A stretch of DNA of 57,208 nt from a bacterium (GTDB lineage: Bacteria > SZUA-79 > Acidulodesulfobacterales > Acidulodesulfobacteraceae). Under the pieces are notes generated by a model, which saw only the letters and a program-made list of their open reading frames with translations, was not told the origin of the DNA and ran no database searches. Positions within the stretch are counted from its first letter, which is position 1. Each line of letters starts with the position of its first letter. Made by a program: the position numbers and the translations under genes. This document shows, in pieces, positions 1-9,459 of the stretch. The stretch spans positions 1-57,208 of the forward strand of contig JAKAQK010000001.1 of NCBI GenBank assembly GCA_021822625.1, in the 5' to 3' direction.

Positions 1-1058
1 TCCGTGCCTTTATTTTTTACCGATTTAACATTTATAAAACCGTTATGCTCAAAAATAATTTTTTGGGATATTGCAAGTCCCAATCCCGTACCTTTTTCTT
101 TAGTAGTAAAAAACGGTTCAAATAATTTATTAAAGTCTTTTTTGCTGATTCCTACTCCGTTATCTGAAAAAATTATTTTTATAAATTTTGGAATATTTCT
201 TTCTGCATCAATTCTTGTAGTGATTTTGATAAATCCTTTGTTTTTATTCTGAATAGCCATAATAGCATTTTTTATTATATTCAAAAAAACTTGTTTTAAG
301 GCATCCTCTGAAGCAAATATTTCCGGCAGACTTGGGTCAAATTCTTTAATAAATTTTATATTTTTTTCTGAATTGACTGCGGTCTCTATTTCAATGATTT
401 CATTTATCACTTTGTTTACATTGAGCATTTCCGCATTTATTTTATGATTTTTGGATAATGACAACAAGTCTTCTATTAAAATATTAATTCTGTCTATCTC
501 TTTGACAATTATTTCTGTAAACTGCGATAACTCTTTTAAGCTTTCAGGGAGAGAATCATGTTCTTCGATAATTTTTTTCTTCAAATATGAGGCGGAAGCC
601 TTTACTCCTCCAAGCGGGTTTCTAATCTCATGGGAAATCTCGGCTATAAATCTTGAAAAATTTTGCAGCTTTTCTTCATTTTTAATAATATTGTCCATTT
701 CTTTAAATCTAGTTATATCTTTCATAGATATAAGCACATAATATTTCTCATCATCATTAATTTTAGCTATTTCAACTATTATTGACCTCTTATTATTTTG
801 CTTGTTATTTTTATAAAATTCAAAATCAAAATCAATAAAACCTTCACCAGTCTTCATAACTTCATTTATTTTAGCTATAATATATTTATTATTATGAAAA
901 AACTGATTTACGTTTAAATGATTGGAATAAGAGAATGAATCCGAATATCCCGTGAGCTCCTGAGCGGCTATATTTAGAAATTCAACGGTTAATTCTTCAT
1001 TAAAAAGAATTATTGAATAATTTATGTTATTTAAAATAAGTTTAAATTTAATATCCAT
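1..1058 (-). CDS. Sensor histidine kinase, NtrB-like (PAS + HisKA + HATPase_c); C-terminus cut off by window edge
   Basis: Not in the ORF track because it runs off the edge. Hand translation of the minus strand from the ATG at 1058 gives MDIKFKLILNN... The H-box is SHEIRNPLGG, followed by DNGVGI and TKEKGTGLGLAISQKII (the ATP-binding G-boxes). It lies directly downstream of glnK-amtB. Confidence 0.85.
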   Translation of the reverse strand, partial: MDIKFKLILNNINYSIILFNEELTVEFLNIAAQELTGYSDSFSYSNHLNVNQFFHNNKYIIAKINEVMKTGEGFIDFDFEFYKNNKQNNKRSIIVEIAKINDDEKYYVLISMKDITRFKEMDNIIKNEEKLQNFSRFIAEISHEIRNPLGGVKASASYLKKKIIEEHDSLPESLKELSQFTEIIVKEIDRINILIEDLLSLSKNHKINAEMLNVNKVINEIIEIETAVNSEKNIKFIKEFDPSLPEIFASEDALKQVFLNIIKNAIMAIQNKNKGFIKITTRIDAERNIPKFIKIIFSDNGVGISKKDFNKLFEPFFTTKEKGTGLGLAISQKIIFEHNGFINVKSVKNKGT

Positions 1059-1279
1059 AATTCTATCAAATTATTTGCTATATCAGAAGGATTGTATTTT
1101 CAGAGATAAATTAACAAGATTAAAATATTCTATCATTAAAAATTTTAAAATATTCTGTTTAATTCGCCGTTTTATTTACTTGGTATTATTCTTTAATTTA
1201 TTAACTGTTTGTATTTTATCATTATTTTTATACATTTATACATAATAAATTATACATAAAAAATCCATAAATTATACAT

Positions 1280-1340
1280 AAAAAATCCTTCATGACTAAA
1301 AACAAATTTAACAATGTTTTTTTAGAAGCCATGAAGGATT
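1280..1340 (-). terminator. Rho-independent terminator candidate after amtB
   Basis: The minus strand has an 11-bp stem, AATCCTTCATG / CATGAAGGATT. There is inner pairing CTAAAAACA / TGTTTTTAG, and a T run follows. It lies ~55 nt after the amtB stop. Confidence 0.55.
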
Positions 1341-1393
1341 AAATAATAAATTAGCGTTGTTAATTGTAAGTATTGTTTCTTAAATTATTTTAC

Positions 1394-2722
1394 TTACAGA
1401 TTATAACCTGATTCATCATGCTGAGTGATATCGAGCCCCATAGCTTCTTCCTCCTTACTCACTCTTAAGCCCATAAATTTATCTATAAGTTTAAATATAA
1501 TAAAACTCATTATAAAAGAATAACCTGCGACAGATACAATGGTTATTAATTGAATGACGACCTGATAAGGATTACCGTAAAATAAACCGCTGTGTCCCGG
1601 GTTTATCAGCGGGTCTGCAAATAATCCCGTCGCAAGAGCTCCCCATGCTCCGCCGATTGCGTGGACATTAAAGGCATCCAGAGCATCATCGTAACCAAGT
1701 TTAGGTTTTACAAAAACTACCATAGAATAGCATAAAACACCGACTACGAGTCCTATAATAATGGATGCAAGCGGGTTAACAAAACCTGAAGCAGGCGTTA
1801 TAGCAACAAGACCTGCAACCGCGCCGGAAATCATTCCAAGCGTAGTAGGCTTACCGCTGTGAATCCATTCTGCAACCATCCAGCTTATTGCAGCGGCAGC
1901 GGTAGCAGTATTTGTTACAAGAAAAGCAGATGCTGCCAAACCGTTAGCTTCTAACGCGCTACCGGCATTAAAACCAAACCACCCGAACCATAATAATGCG
2001 CCGCCCAAGATTGTATAAGCCAGCTGGTTAGGCTGAATAATATTTTCTTTCATATACCCTTTTCTTTTGCCGAGAACTAATGCGCCTGCTAGACCTGCAA
2101 CACCGGAATTTATATGAACGACCGTTCCACCGGCAAAATCGAGCGCGCCCATATTATTAAATAACCCTCCTACGCCCCATACCGACTGCGCTACCGGAGC
2201 ATAGACTACTGTGAGCCATATTATAGTAAAAACTACCCATGAAGAAAATTTTATTCTTTCCACTAATGAACCGCTGATAAGCGCAACCGTGATTATAGCG
2301 AACATTAATTGAAACATAACGTAAATAAAAGAAGGAATAGTGCCGTTATATCTAGAATGCTGATTTACACTCATGGCAGCCAATCCTAAATACTTAAGAT
2401 TACCTATAATCCCAAGGAAAGCATCCGGTCCGAACGCTATGGAATAACCCCATAATATCCAAATAACACTTACCGTGCATATCGTAATAAAACTTAGCGA
2501 TATAGTATTCAGCACGTTCTTTTTCCTGACCATACCGCCGTAATAAAACCCCAATGCCGGCGTCATTATAAGCACAAGCGCCGAAGAAGCCAGTACCCAC
2601 GCTATATTTCCGGGAACAAACTTTGGCACCTTCGTAGTCGCTGCAAATACCGGTGTAACCCAGGCAAAGAGAACTAAAAACAGCCCTCCGAAAACTGTTA
2701 AAATTCCGTTAATTTTTCTCAT
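1394..2722 (-). CDS. amtB: Ammonium transporter AmtB (Amt/MEP/Rh family)
   Basis: 442 aa, multi-TM, with typical Amt motifs (DFAGGTVVHINSG, FGWFGFNAGS, NVHAIGGAWGAL). It has an N-terminal signal peptide and a GGAGAA SD before the ATG. It lies immediately downstream of the PII gene. Confidence 0.95.
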   Translation of the reverse strand: MRKINGILTVFGGLFLVLFAWVTPVFAATTKVPKFVPGNIAWVLASSALVLIMTPALGFYYGGMVRKKNVLNTISLSFITICTVSVIWILWGYSIAFGPDAFLGIIGNLKYLGLAAMSVNQHSRYNGTIPSFIYVMFQLMFAIITVALISGSLVERIKFSSWVVFTIIWLTVVYAPVAQSVWGVGGLFNNMGALDFAGGTVVHINSGVAGLAGALVLGKRKGYMKENIIQPNQLAYTILGGALLWFGWFGFNAGSALEANGLAASAFLVTNTATAAAAISWMVAEWIHSGKPTTLGMISGAVAGLVAITPASGFVNPLASIIIGLVVGVLCYSMVVFVKPKLGYDDALDAFNVHAIGGAWGALATGLFADPLINPGHSGLFYGNPYQVVIQLITIVSVAGYSFIMSFIIFKLIDKFMGLRVSKEEEAMGLDITQHDESGYNL

Positions 2723-2802
2723 AATTATTCTCCAGATTATATAATTGTATTTTTCAAACTATAATCATAATGATAATCATCATAATTGTAAAATATACAA
2801 AA

Positions 2803-3168
<366 letters not shown>

Positions 3169-3262
3169 TTATAATATCATGCTATAAACATATAAAACTT
3201 AGTTAAAATCATATTATGTTAAAATTACTGCAGATTACTGCAGAAAATTAAATTATAACTGC

Positions 3263-4750
3263 CTAAAAACTATACAGGACCATAAAATTTACAGTATTCT
3301 GTTCGCTGTGGTTTTTGGTTAATCCTGCATAAACATGATGATTATCCGATTGATGCTCAAACTCAAGTCTAAACTGAGTGCTTTTAAATAATGCGTCAGA
3401 AGGCTGATAAGCGAACGTAAGGGTAGTATCTAAATAAGTATTTGATACTCCGGGGGTGCTTGTAGCTTCCCACATGCCGTTGGGGTCTAATGCCAGCGTT
3501 TCCCTTAATGTTTCTCCGAACATTCCTATTGAATAATTTTTCTGATGATGTATATAGACCGCTGCACCGCTAAAATGAGACTTATCGTATGTAGAAGCAG
3601 AAGTCTGGATTAAAGAAGGATATACAACTTCAGATGGAGATACGCCGTTTGAACTTAAAACATCGCTGTTAATTCCTCCTCCAAGACCTACTTCGTAATC
3701 AGCCACAAACGACCAGTCGCTGTCTGGGCTGTACTGAGCGTCTATATAGCTGTAAAAAGATTTATTCAGATCGTCTTGATACAATGAATTATTTGCTACA
3801 AAATAACTGTTTGCTCCATAGATGAATCCGCCGTTAAAGGTCAGGACGCTCACCGGCGTATAAGACTCGTTTAATTCTATTACCGGCAGATTGTCAATGG
3901 GCACTGCCGCATTATCGGTATTAGCAATACCCAATGTTGAAGTAAGCTGCGGAACAAAATTATACGTAAAAAATATGCCGGTTAGTGTTGAAGGTTCGGC
4001 ATCGTCTAATAATGAATATGTATCATTCCAGTTTCTGATAGGATTGAAATTTTCAAAACCCAACAGTTCTTTTTCTTTGCCTATATGTATATCAAGACCG
4101 CTTCCGACCGGCAAATTTATGTTTATATAAGCCTGCCTCACGTCGTAAGGGGTTCTGTCCTGCACAGACTGCGTAAAGTAGGATAAATTGCCGTAATATG
4201 CTTTATAAGACTGGATATTCTGCCCGAAATCCAATGAAATATGAAAGCCCACGCCATACGGATTAGAATCTGTTCCCGGAGAACGTCTCAATGTAATATC
4301 GGCATTATTAACCGCAAAACCGTCGGGCTGCCAATTATCGCCATAATTGCCGTTATAGGCGTTCGGTTTAGCAAGGTTATATGTGTAAGAAGCTATCAAT
4401 GTACCAAGAAGCTGGATGTTTGAAAAATAGGAATTTGAACTTTTCTGTTTTGCTTTTAGTTCATTTAATTCTTTAGAAATTTTATTCATTTTTAATGTAA
4501 GAGAGTTCACTGCCGCATCATCTGCATTACCGGATTCCGTTTTCTGAGCGTTCACGTTTTTAAAAACGCTGCCGGCTCCTGCAGGCATTGTTCCAATCGC
4601 AAAAGACCTTTTTGCGGCAACCGCTGAAACATAAAATACCGCAAATAAAACTAAAAGCATTAACTTTGTTGATATTAATGCCCTACCCGATTTACTGTTC
4701 TGCATTGTTCGGTTTTTTTTGAACTTATTATTCATGATACTAACTTTCAT
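3263..4750 (-). CDS. Putative outer-membrane beta-barrel porin co-located with glnK-amtB
   Basis: 495 aa. It has a signal peptide (LMLLVLFAVFYVSAVAA) and a short coiled-coil segment (KISKELNELKAKQK). The body shows alternating aromatic/polar beta-strand patterning rich in Y/N/G/S, and the C-terminus ends in ...VLYSF, an OMP-type terminal Phe. The SD GGGGAGG lies 5 nt before the ATG. Confidence 0.65.
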   Translation of the reverse strand: MKVSIMNNKFKKNRTMQNSKSGRALISTKLMLLVLFAVFYVSAVAAKRSFAIGTMPAGAGSVFKNVNAQKTESGNADDAAVNSLTLKMNKISKELNELKAKQKSSNSYFSNIQLLGTLIASYTYNLAKPNAYNGNYGDNWQPDGFAVNNADITLRRSPGTDSNPYGVGFHISLDFGQNIQSYKAYYGNLSYFTQSVQDRTPYDVRQAYININLPVGSGLDIHIGKEKELLGFENFNPIRNWNDTYSLLDDAEPSTLTGIFFTYNFVPQLTSTLGIANTDNAAVPIDNLPVIELNESYTPVSVLTFNGGFIYGANSYFVANNSLYQDDLNKSFYSYIDAQYSPDSDWSFVADYEVGLGGGINSDVLSSNGVSPSEVVYPSLIQTSASTYDKSHFSGAAVYIHHQKNYSIGMFGETLRETLALDPNGMWEATSTPGVSNTYLDTTLTFAYQPSDALFKSTQFRLEFEHQSDNHHVYAGLTKNHSEQNTVNFMVLYSF

Positions 4751-4943
4751 AACTGCCTCCCCTTAAAATTTTGTAAAATAACGGTCAATGTGATAGTTAA
4801 AAAAATATTTAATAAAAATAAAATTAAATAGAACAAAATGTAAATTAAATTAAATTAAATTCAATTAAAAAATTAAATTACCGCTATAAATTTATACGGT
4901 AAAATATATAAAATTAAGTCCTGCATAACTGCCTTTTATATCT

Positions 4944-4960
4944 TTGCAATAATAATGCCA
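4944..4960 (-). promoter_or_regulatory. Sigma-54 (-24/-12) promoter candidate for porin-glnK-amtB
   Basis: The minus strand reads TGGCATTATTATTGCAA, i.e. TGGCAT-N5-TTGCA. The GG and GC doublets have the exact consensus spacing. It lies ~185 nt upstream of the porin ATG. rpoN and a GAFTGA activator are encoded in the same window. Confidence 0.6.
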
Positions 4961-4996
4961 AAATCTTTATTTCAAACAAATTTAAAAATAATTATT

Positions 4997-5023
4997 TGCA
5001 ATATGTTGGTATTACTGATTGCA
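4997..5023. promoter_or_regulatory. Inverted repeat TGCAAT-N15-ATTGCA, candidate activator (enhancer) site
   Basis: Perfect 6-bp arms, centred ~50 bp upstream of the sigma-54 -24 element. No binding-site model was available to test it. Confidence 0.25.
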
Positions 5024-5380
5024 TGGTTTGTTAGAGCGCTGCTCCGTATTAATGCTGCAACTTAAATACCGGCATAGAGGCAGGATTGAAAAAACAGAAT
5101 AATATTAACAAGTTATTATTTGAAGAAATGAGAAAAAGTACGCTTCGGTTTATAATGAGCGCAATAACAGACTGTTTGAAAATAAATTCAGAATGGAGTA
5201 ATAGCGCAGTTCTGCCTAATTTTTAATCAACACAAGTGCATAAATTTTAATCATTTTATATATTGATTAATTATTGAACAAATTTTGAGCAAAAAATATT
5301 GCTAAAATTGATGGGCAATAATTTTTAATTATAGTTATTGACTATAATTAATATAATTAACTCATTAATTTTATTGATTA

Positions 5381-6847
5381 TTATTTGATATCGCTGCCGA
5401 TATTATGAATATGATTATCTATATTAAGTAAAATTATACGATTATGAAGATTTCTGCGGGACATTCCTATTTTTTTAGCAGTATTTGAAATATTAAAATT
5501 ATTTTCCTTCAATTTTGAGATTATATAATCTTTTTCAAACAATTCCTTTGCTTTTTTTAAAGAATTAATACCGATATATTTGCTTATTGTATTATCATCA
5601 CGAGTATTATATCTGTAATTTGCTGAATCTGTAATATTAGAGTCCTCAGAATTGTTTAATTTATTTTCGCAATATTCTATGCCTATTTTTAATTCATTTG
5701 CAACGTCATCTTTTGTTATGTTACTGCCGCAATACATTATCGCAAATCTTTCTATAATATTTTTTAATTCCCTTACATTACCTTTCCATGAATAATTTTT
5801 AAAAAGTTCCACAGCATCGTCTTCAATAGTTATATATAATTTTTGTTTATTGTTGCGGTTAAATTTATCAATAAAATAATTAACAAGCATGGGTATATCT
5901 TCTTTTCTTTCCCTAAGCGGCGCAACAAAAAACGGTATAACATTAAGTCTAAAAAATAAATCGCTTCTAAAATTGCCCTTTTTTATCTCATCCTCAAGAT
6001 TTTTATTTGTTGCAGCAATAATTCTAGTATTAACTTCTACTGTAGATTCCCCTCCAACACGCTGAAATTTATTATCCTGTAAAACCCTTAAAATTTTTGA
6101 CTGCATTCTTAAACTCATATCGCCTATTTCATCAAGAAAAAGCGTTCCGCCGTCCGCAATCTCAAATTTGCCTTTTTTACGCGACAATGCACCTGTAAAT
6201 GCCCCCTTTTCATAACCAAACAGTTCACTTTCAATTAAATCTTCAGGAACGGCAGCGCAATTAATGGCAATAAACGGTTCTTCTAATCTTAAACTGTTAA
6301 AATGCAGAGATTTTGCGACTAATTCTTTTCCTGTCCCGTTCTCTCCGGTGATTAAAATTGGGGCATCTGAAACTGCCGCTTTTAATATTTTATTTTTTAA
6401 TTCTTTAATCTTATCGGAATTGCCTATTAATTCATCTTTATATCCGGGTATGCTTTCCGCCAGAACAATTTTTTTTTCGTTTAATTCATTAAATTTTATC
6501 GCATTTTCGACAGTTATAAGAACCCTTTCTAAAGAAAGCGGCTTTTCTATAAAATCATAGGCTCCGATTTTTATTGTTTTAATTGCAGTATCTATATCTG
6601 AATGTCCGGATATCATAATTACCGGAATATTTTTATTGATTTTAACCATAGAATTTAAAATAGCAGTACCGTCGCTATCAGGCAGCCAAATATCAAGCAA
6701 TACCGCATTAGGCAATTTCTCTGAAAATGTTTTAAGTCCTTCTTCTCCAAATTCTTCGGAAATTACGCCGTAACCCTCGTCGATAAAAATCCCTTCAAGG
6801 GATTTTCTTATACTTTCTTCATCGTCTATTATAAGTATAGATTTCAT
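5381..6847 (-). CDS. Sigma-54-dependent response regulator (NtrC family; partner of the NtrY-like kinase)
   Basis: The receiver has the DDEESIR acidic pair and LLDIWLPDSDG. The AAA+ domain has GENGTGKE and ESELFGYEKGAFTGA (the GAFTGA sigma-54 contact loop). A C-terminal Fis-type HTH is present (NTAKKIGMSRRNLHNRI). An Asn/Asp-rich insertion precedes the HTH. Confidence 0.9.
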   Translation of the reverse strand: MKSILIIDDEESIRKSLEGIFIDEGYGVISEEFGEEGLKTFSEKLPNAVLLDIWLPDSDGTAILNSMVKINKNIPVIMISGHSDIDTAIKTIKIGAYDFIEKPLSLERVLITVENAIKFNELNEKKIVLAESIPGYKDELIGNSDKIKELKNKILKAAVSDAPILITGENGTGKELVAKSLHFNSLRLEEPFIAINCAAVPEDLIESELFGYEKGAFTGALSRKKGKFEIADGGTLFLDEIGDMSLRMQSKILRVLQDNKFQRVGGESTVEVNTRIIAATNKNLEDEIKKGNFRSDLFFRLNVIPFFVAPLRERKEDIPMLVNYFIDKFNRNNKQKLYITIEDDAVELFKNYSWKGNVRELKNIIERFAIMYCGSNITKDDVANELKIGIEYCENKLNNSEDSNITDSANYRYNTRDDNTISKYIGINSLKKAKELFEKDYIISKLKENNFNISNTAKKIGMSRRNLHNRIILLNIDNHIHNIGSDIK

Positions 6848-6850
6848 GTT

Positions 6851-6930
6851 ATTTTTATACCGTTTAATATCTTTTAATATTTTTTAATATTTTTTAATAT
6901 CTTTTAATATTTTTTAGTATCGTTTAATAT
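6851..6930. repeat. 10-bp tandem repeat (~8 copies, YKTTTAATAT) filling the ntrY-regulator spacer
   Basis: The sequence reads cgtttaatat cttttaatat tttttaatat tttttaatat cttttaatat tttttagtat cgtttaatat, plus a degenerate first copy. T/A tracts are phased every 10 bp. Confidence 0.9.
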
Positions 6931-6945
6931 CTTTTCTTTTTTATA

Positions 6946-8934
6946 TTAAATATTATTAACAAGTTTTATTTCAATAATAAACTCTGCGCCGCCGTCAGAA
7001 ATATTATGGGCATATATTATCCCGTGATTTTCGGTAATAATATTTCTGGTTATAGCAAGCCCTAACCCCGTCCCGCCCCTTTTAGTGGAGAAATAAGGTT
7101 CAAATATATTCGGCAGATTTTCTTCTTCAATGCCTGAGCCGGTATCTGATATCTTTATTGTTACAATTTGTTTTTCCTGATTAAAAAACGTTTCCGCTTT
7201 AATAAAATTAGTTTCTTTTTCGCGTATACGCTTTCGATTGGTATTTATGCTATATACCGCATTGTCAAGAATGTTTATTATAGCCCTTTTAAGCTGCAAT
7301 TTATCTATATAAACCGGCGGCAAAGCCCCGCTTATATTATTATGAATAAATTGTATATTTTTATGCGCGTTTTTATAAAAAGAAAAAGATTCTTCTATTA
7401 ACAAACTTACATCGGCATAATTAAAATTAGCCTTCGGCAGTCTGGCGTACAAAGAAAACTCATCTACAAGACCTTTTAAATCATCAACTTCTTTAATTAT
7501 AATATCGATAGAATCGTTGAAAATTTTATTATCATACTCTAATTTATCTCCGAATTTTCTTTTCAATCTCTGGGCGGATAATTTTATCGGCGTTAACGGG
7601 TTTTTTATTTCATGCGCAATTCTCTTTGCAACCTCTTCCCATGCGGCAATTCTCTGAGCCTTCATCATATCTGTGGTATCATTAATAACTATGATAAATC
7701 CTATATAAGAATCTTTTTCATCTTTCATTACCGTAACATTAACAATGTAAACATGCAATCTGCCGTTCGTATTTAATTTCATTTCTTTTGTAATACTTTC
7801 TTCTTTATTGTTTTTAGCGAGATTTTTTATTATTTCCCTTATCTCGGAAAAAGTAACCTTGCTGAAAACGTCTTTATAATTTTTATTTGCTACTTCCTGA
7901 AAATTTACCTGAAACATATATTCTGCCGCATTGTTTATTGTTTTAATCTTTCCGGATGAGTCGATACTAATAACGCCGGTGCCTATATTTTTTAAAATAA
8001 TTTCTGTATATTTTCTTCTTCGTTCAATTTCGGCATTGATATTTTTAAGATTCAGATTAGCGTTTTCGATGATTTCTTTATTCTTTTTAATGTCCTTAGC
8101 CATATTATTAAATGAAGTTATAAGCATACCTATCTCATCGTCGGAGCCCGAATTAATATTTACGTCTAACTCGCCTGAAGCTATTTTTTCAGTTCCCTTT
8201 ACAAGATTTATTATCGGTTCCGTTATTTTTTTGGAAAGATAAAATCCAACCCATATAGAAATAAACAGAATAAGGAGAGTAAAAGTTGAAAATAAGATAA
8301 AATATGTTGTCTCTATGGGATTTTTTAAGAATCCGACTTGCCAATATTCTGCATAAAAATGTTTTATATAGCCAGCCATTTTATTTATTTTATCTATTTT
8401 ATCTATTTTATTAATAGAAATTGAATTAGCTGAATGGGCGGAATGGCGCAAAATAGGCTTATATATCTTAATATTATTATTGCCATGCTTATGAGTATCA
8501 TAGAACTTTGCTATTTTTAGCGCATATCCCATAGTTTTTTTAATGCCTGGAACATACCATTTATTAATTCCGTTAGCAAAAAATCCAGCGGCAATGATAA
8601 CCGCAAACATAAAAAAGGAAGGAATAAGACTGACCAGCACAAATAACGCAACAAGTTTGGAACGCAATTTCGAACCGAGCGCATTTTTTCGTTTGTCTAA
8701 AAAGAGTTTTATAATATTTCTTACAATTAAAAACAGCATTAAAAGGAATAAAATTACCGTTATATTAATATATGCGTAAACGATAATTTTTGAGGTTATA
8801 GAAACGTCGGCAAAAGAAAGCATTCTTGTTTCTAAAAAAGTAGAAGCAATAACTAAAAAGAGCCCTATAAATATAAGAATTATTTCTCTTTTGATACGCA
8901 TTTTTTCTACAGGCAGTTTATTTTTATTTTTCAT
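6946..8934 (-). CDS. ntrY: NtrY-like sensor histidine kinase (multi-TM, HAMP, PAS, HisKA, HATPase_c)
   Basis: 662 aa. It has N-terminal TM helices, HAMP (ITEPIINLVKGTEKIASGELD...), PAS, the H-box RIAHEIKNPLTPIKLSAQRLKRKF (NtrY signature) and a G-box GGTGLGLAI. It lies immediately upstream of the sigma-54 activator. Confidence 0.85.
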   Translation of the reverse strand: MKNKNKLPVEKMRIKREIILIFIGLFLVIASTFLETRMLSFADVSITSKIIVYAYINITVILFLLMLFLIVRNIIKLFLDKRKNALGSKLRSKLVALFVLVSLIPSFFMFAVIIAAGFFANGINKWYVPGIKKTMGYALKIAKFYDTHKHGNNNIKIYKPILRHSAHSANSISINKIDKIDKINKMAGYIKHFYAEYWQVGFLKNPIETTYFILFSTFTLLILFISIWVGFYLSKKITEPIINLVKGTEKIASGELDVNINSGSDDEIGMLITSFNNMAKDIKKNKEIIENANLNLKNINAEIERRRKYTEIILKNIGTGVISIDSSGKIKTINNAAEYMFQVNFQEVANKNYKDVFSKVTFSEIREIIKNLAKNNKEESITKEMKLNTNGRLHVYIVNVTVMKDEKDSYIGFIIVINDTTDMMKAQRIAAWEEVAKRIAHEIKNPLTPIKLSAQRLKRKFGDKLEYDNKIFNDSIDIIIKEVDDLKGLVDEFSLYARLPKANFNYADVSLLIEESFSFYKNAHKNIQFIHNNISGALPPVYIDKLQLKRAIINILDNAVYSINTNRKRIREKETNFIKAETFFNQEKQIVTIKISDTGSGIEEENLPNIFEPYFSTKRGGTGLGLAITRNIITENHGIIYAHNISDGGAEFIIEIKLVNNI

Positions 8935-9459
8935 TAGCGATAATAATATTTATAAAAATAATACAGTTTATATTGGCTATTTTTTATTAAGTTTTTAAAA
9001 ATGTTTTATAAATTTTATTTTATGCGACTTGCCAAATGGGCTGTTTTATAATAAAATGTAAATGTCGGGTGTATACCGTTATATCGCTGCATAATTGCAA
9101 GAGTAGCGCAAATATAGCGGCGGCAATGTGAATGTAAATCATGTAAATACAAATATTGCGTTGTTGTATAATTGCCGGTCATTTAATAATTATACAACAT
9201 TTAACAGATACAATAAATAAATCATAATATCTGCTTTGCCCGATAAATCTTACAAATCATAAGCGCATCAAATATATAAAATATGAGCGTAAGCCTAAAT
9301 ATAATTATATATAATTATAAGTTTAACGCATAATCAAAATGCCCATACATCCGCATATTAAAAAATTAAGATTTTAAGATAAGTTTTTAGATAAGCAAGA
9401 CAAAACAATGCCAACAAAAAATAATATATAATAATACAGGGGTTTCATAGTTCAAATAA

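Noticed and set aside
5007-5023. Second sigma-54-like element on the plus strand (TTGGTATTACTGATTGCA).
   Set aside because: The GG-to-GC spacing is one nucleotide too long compared with the -24/-12 consensus. There is also no plus-strand gene downstream. The TTGCA is better explained as one arm of the TGCAAT-N15-ATTGCA inverted repeat.
5128-5208. 26-codon plus-strand ORF (MRKSTLRFIMSAITDCLKINSEWSNS) in the long spacer upstream of the porin operon.
   Set aside because: It has no SD and no recognisable features. It sits in the region more likely to hold enhancer sites for the sigma-54 promoter. It cannot be supported from sequence alone.
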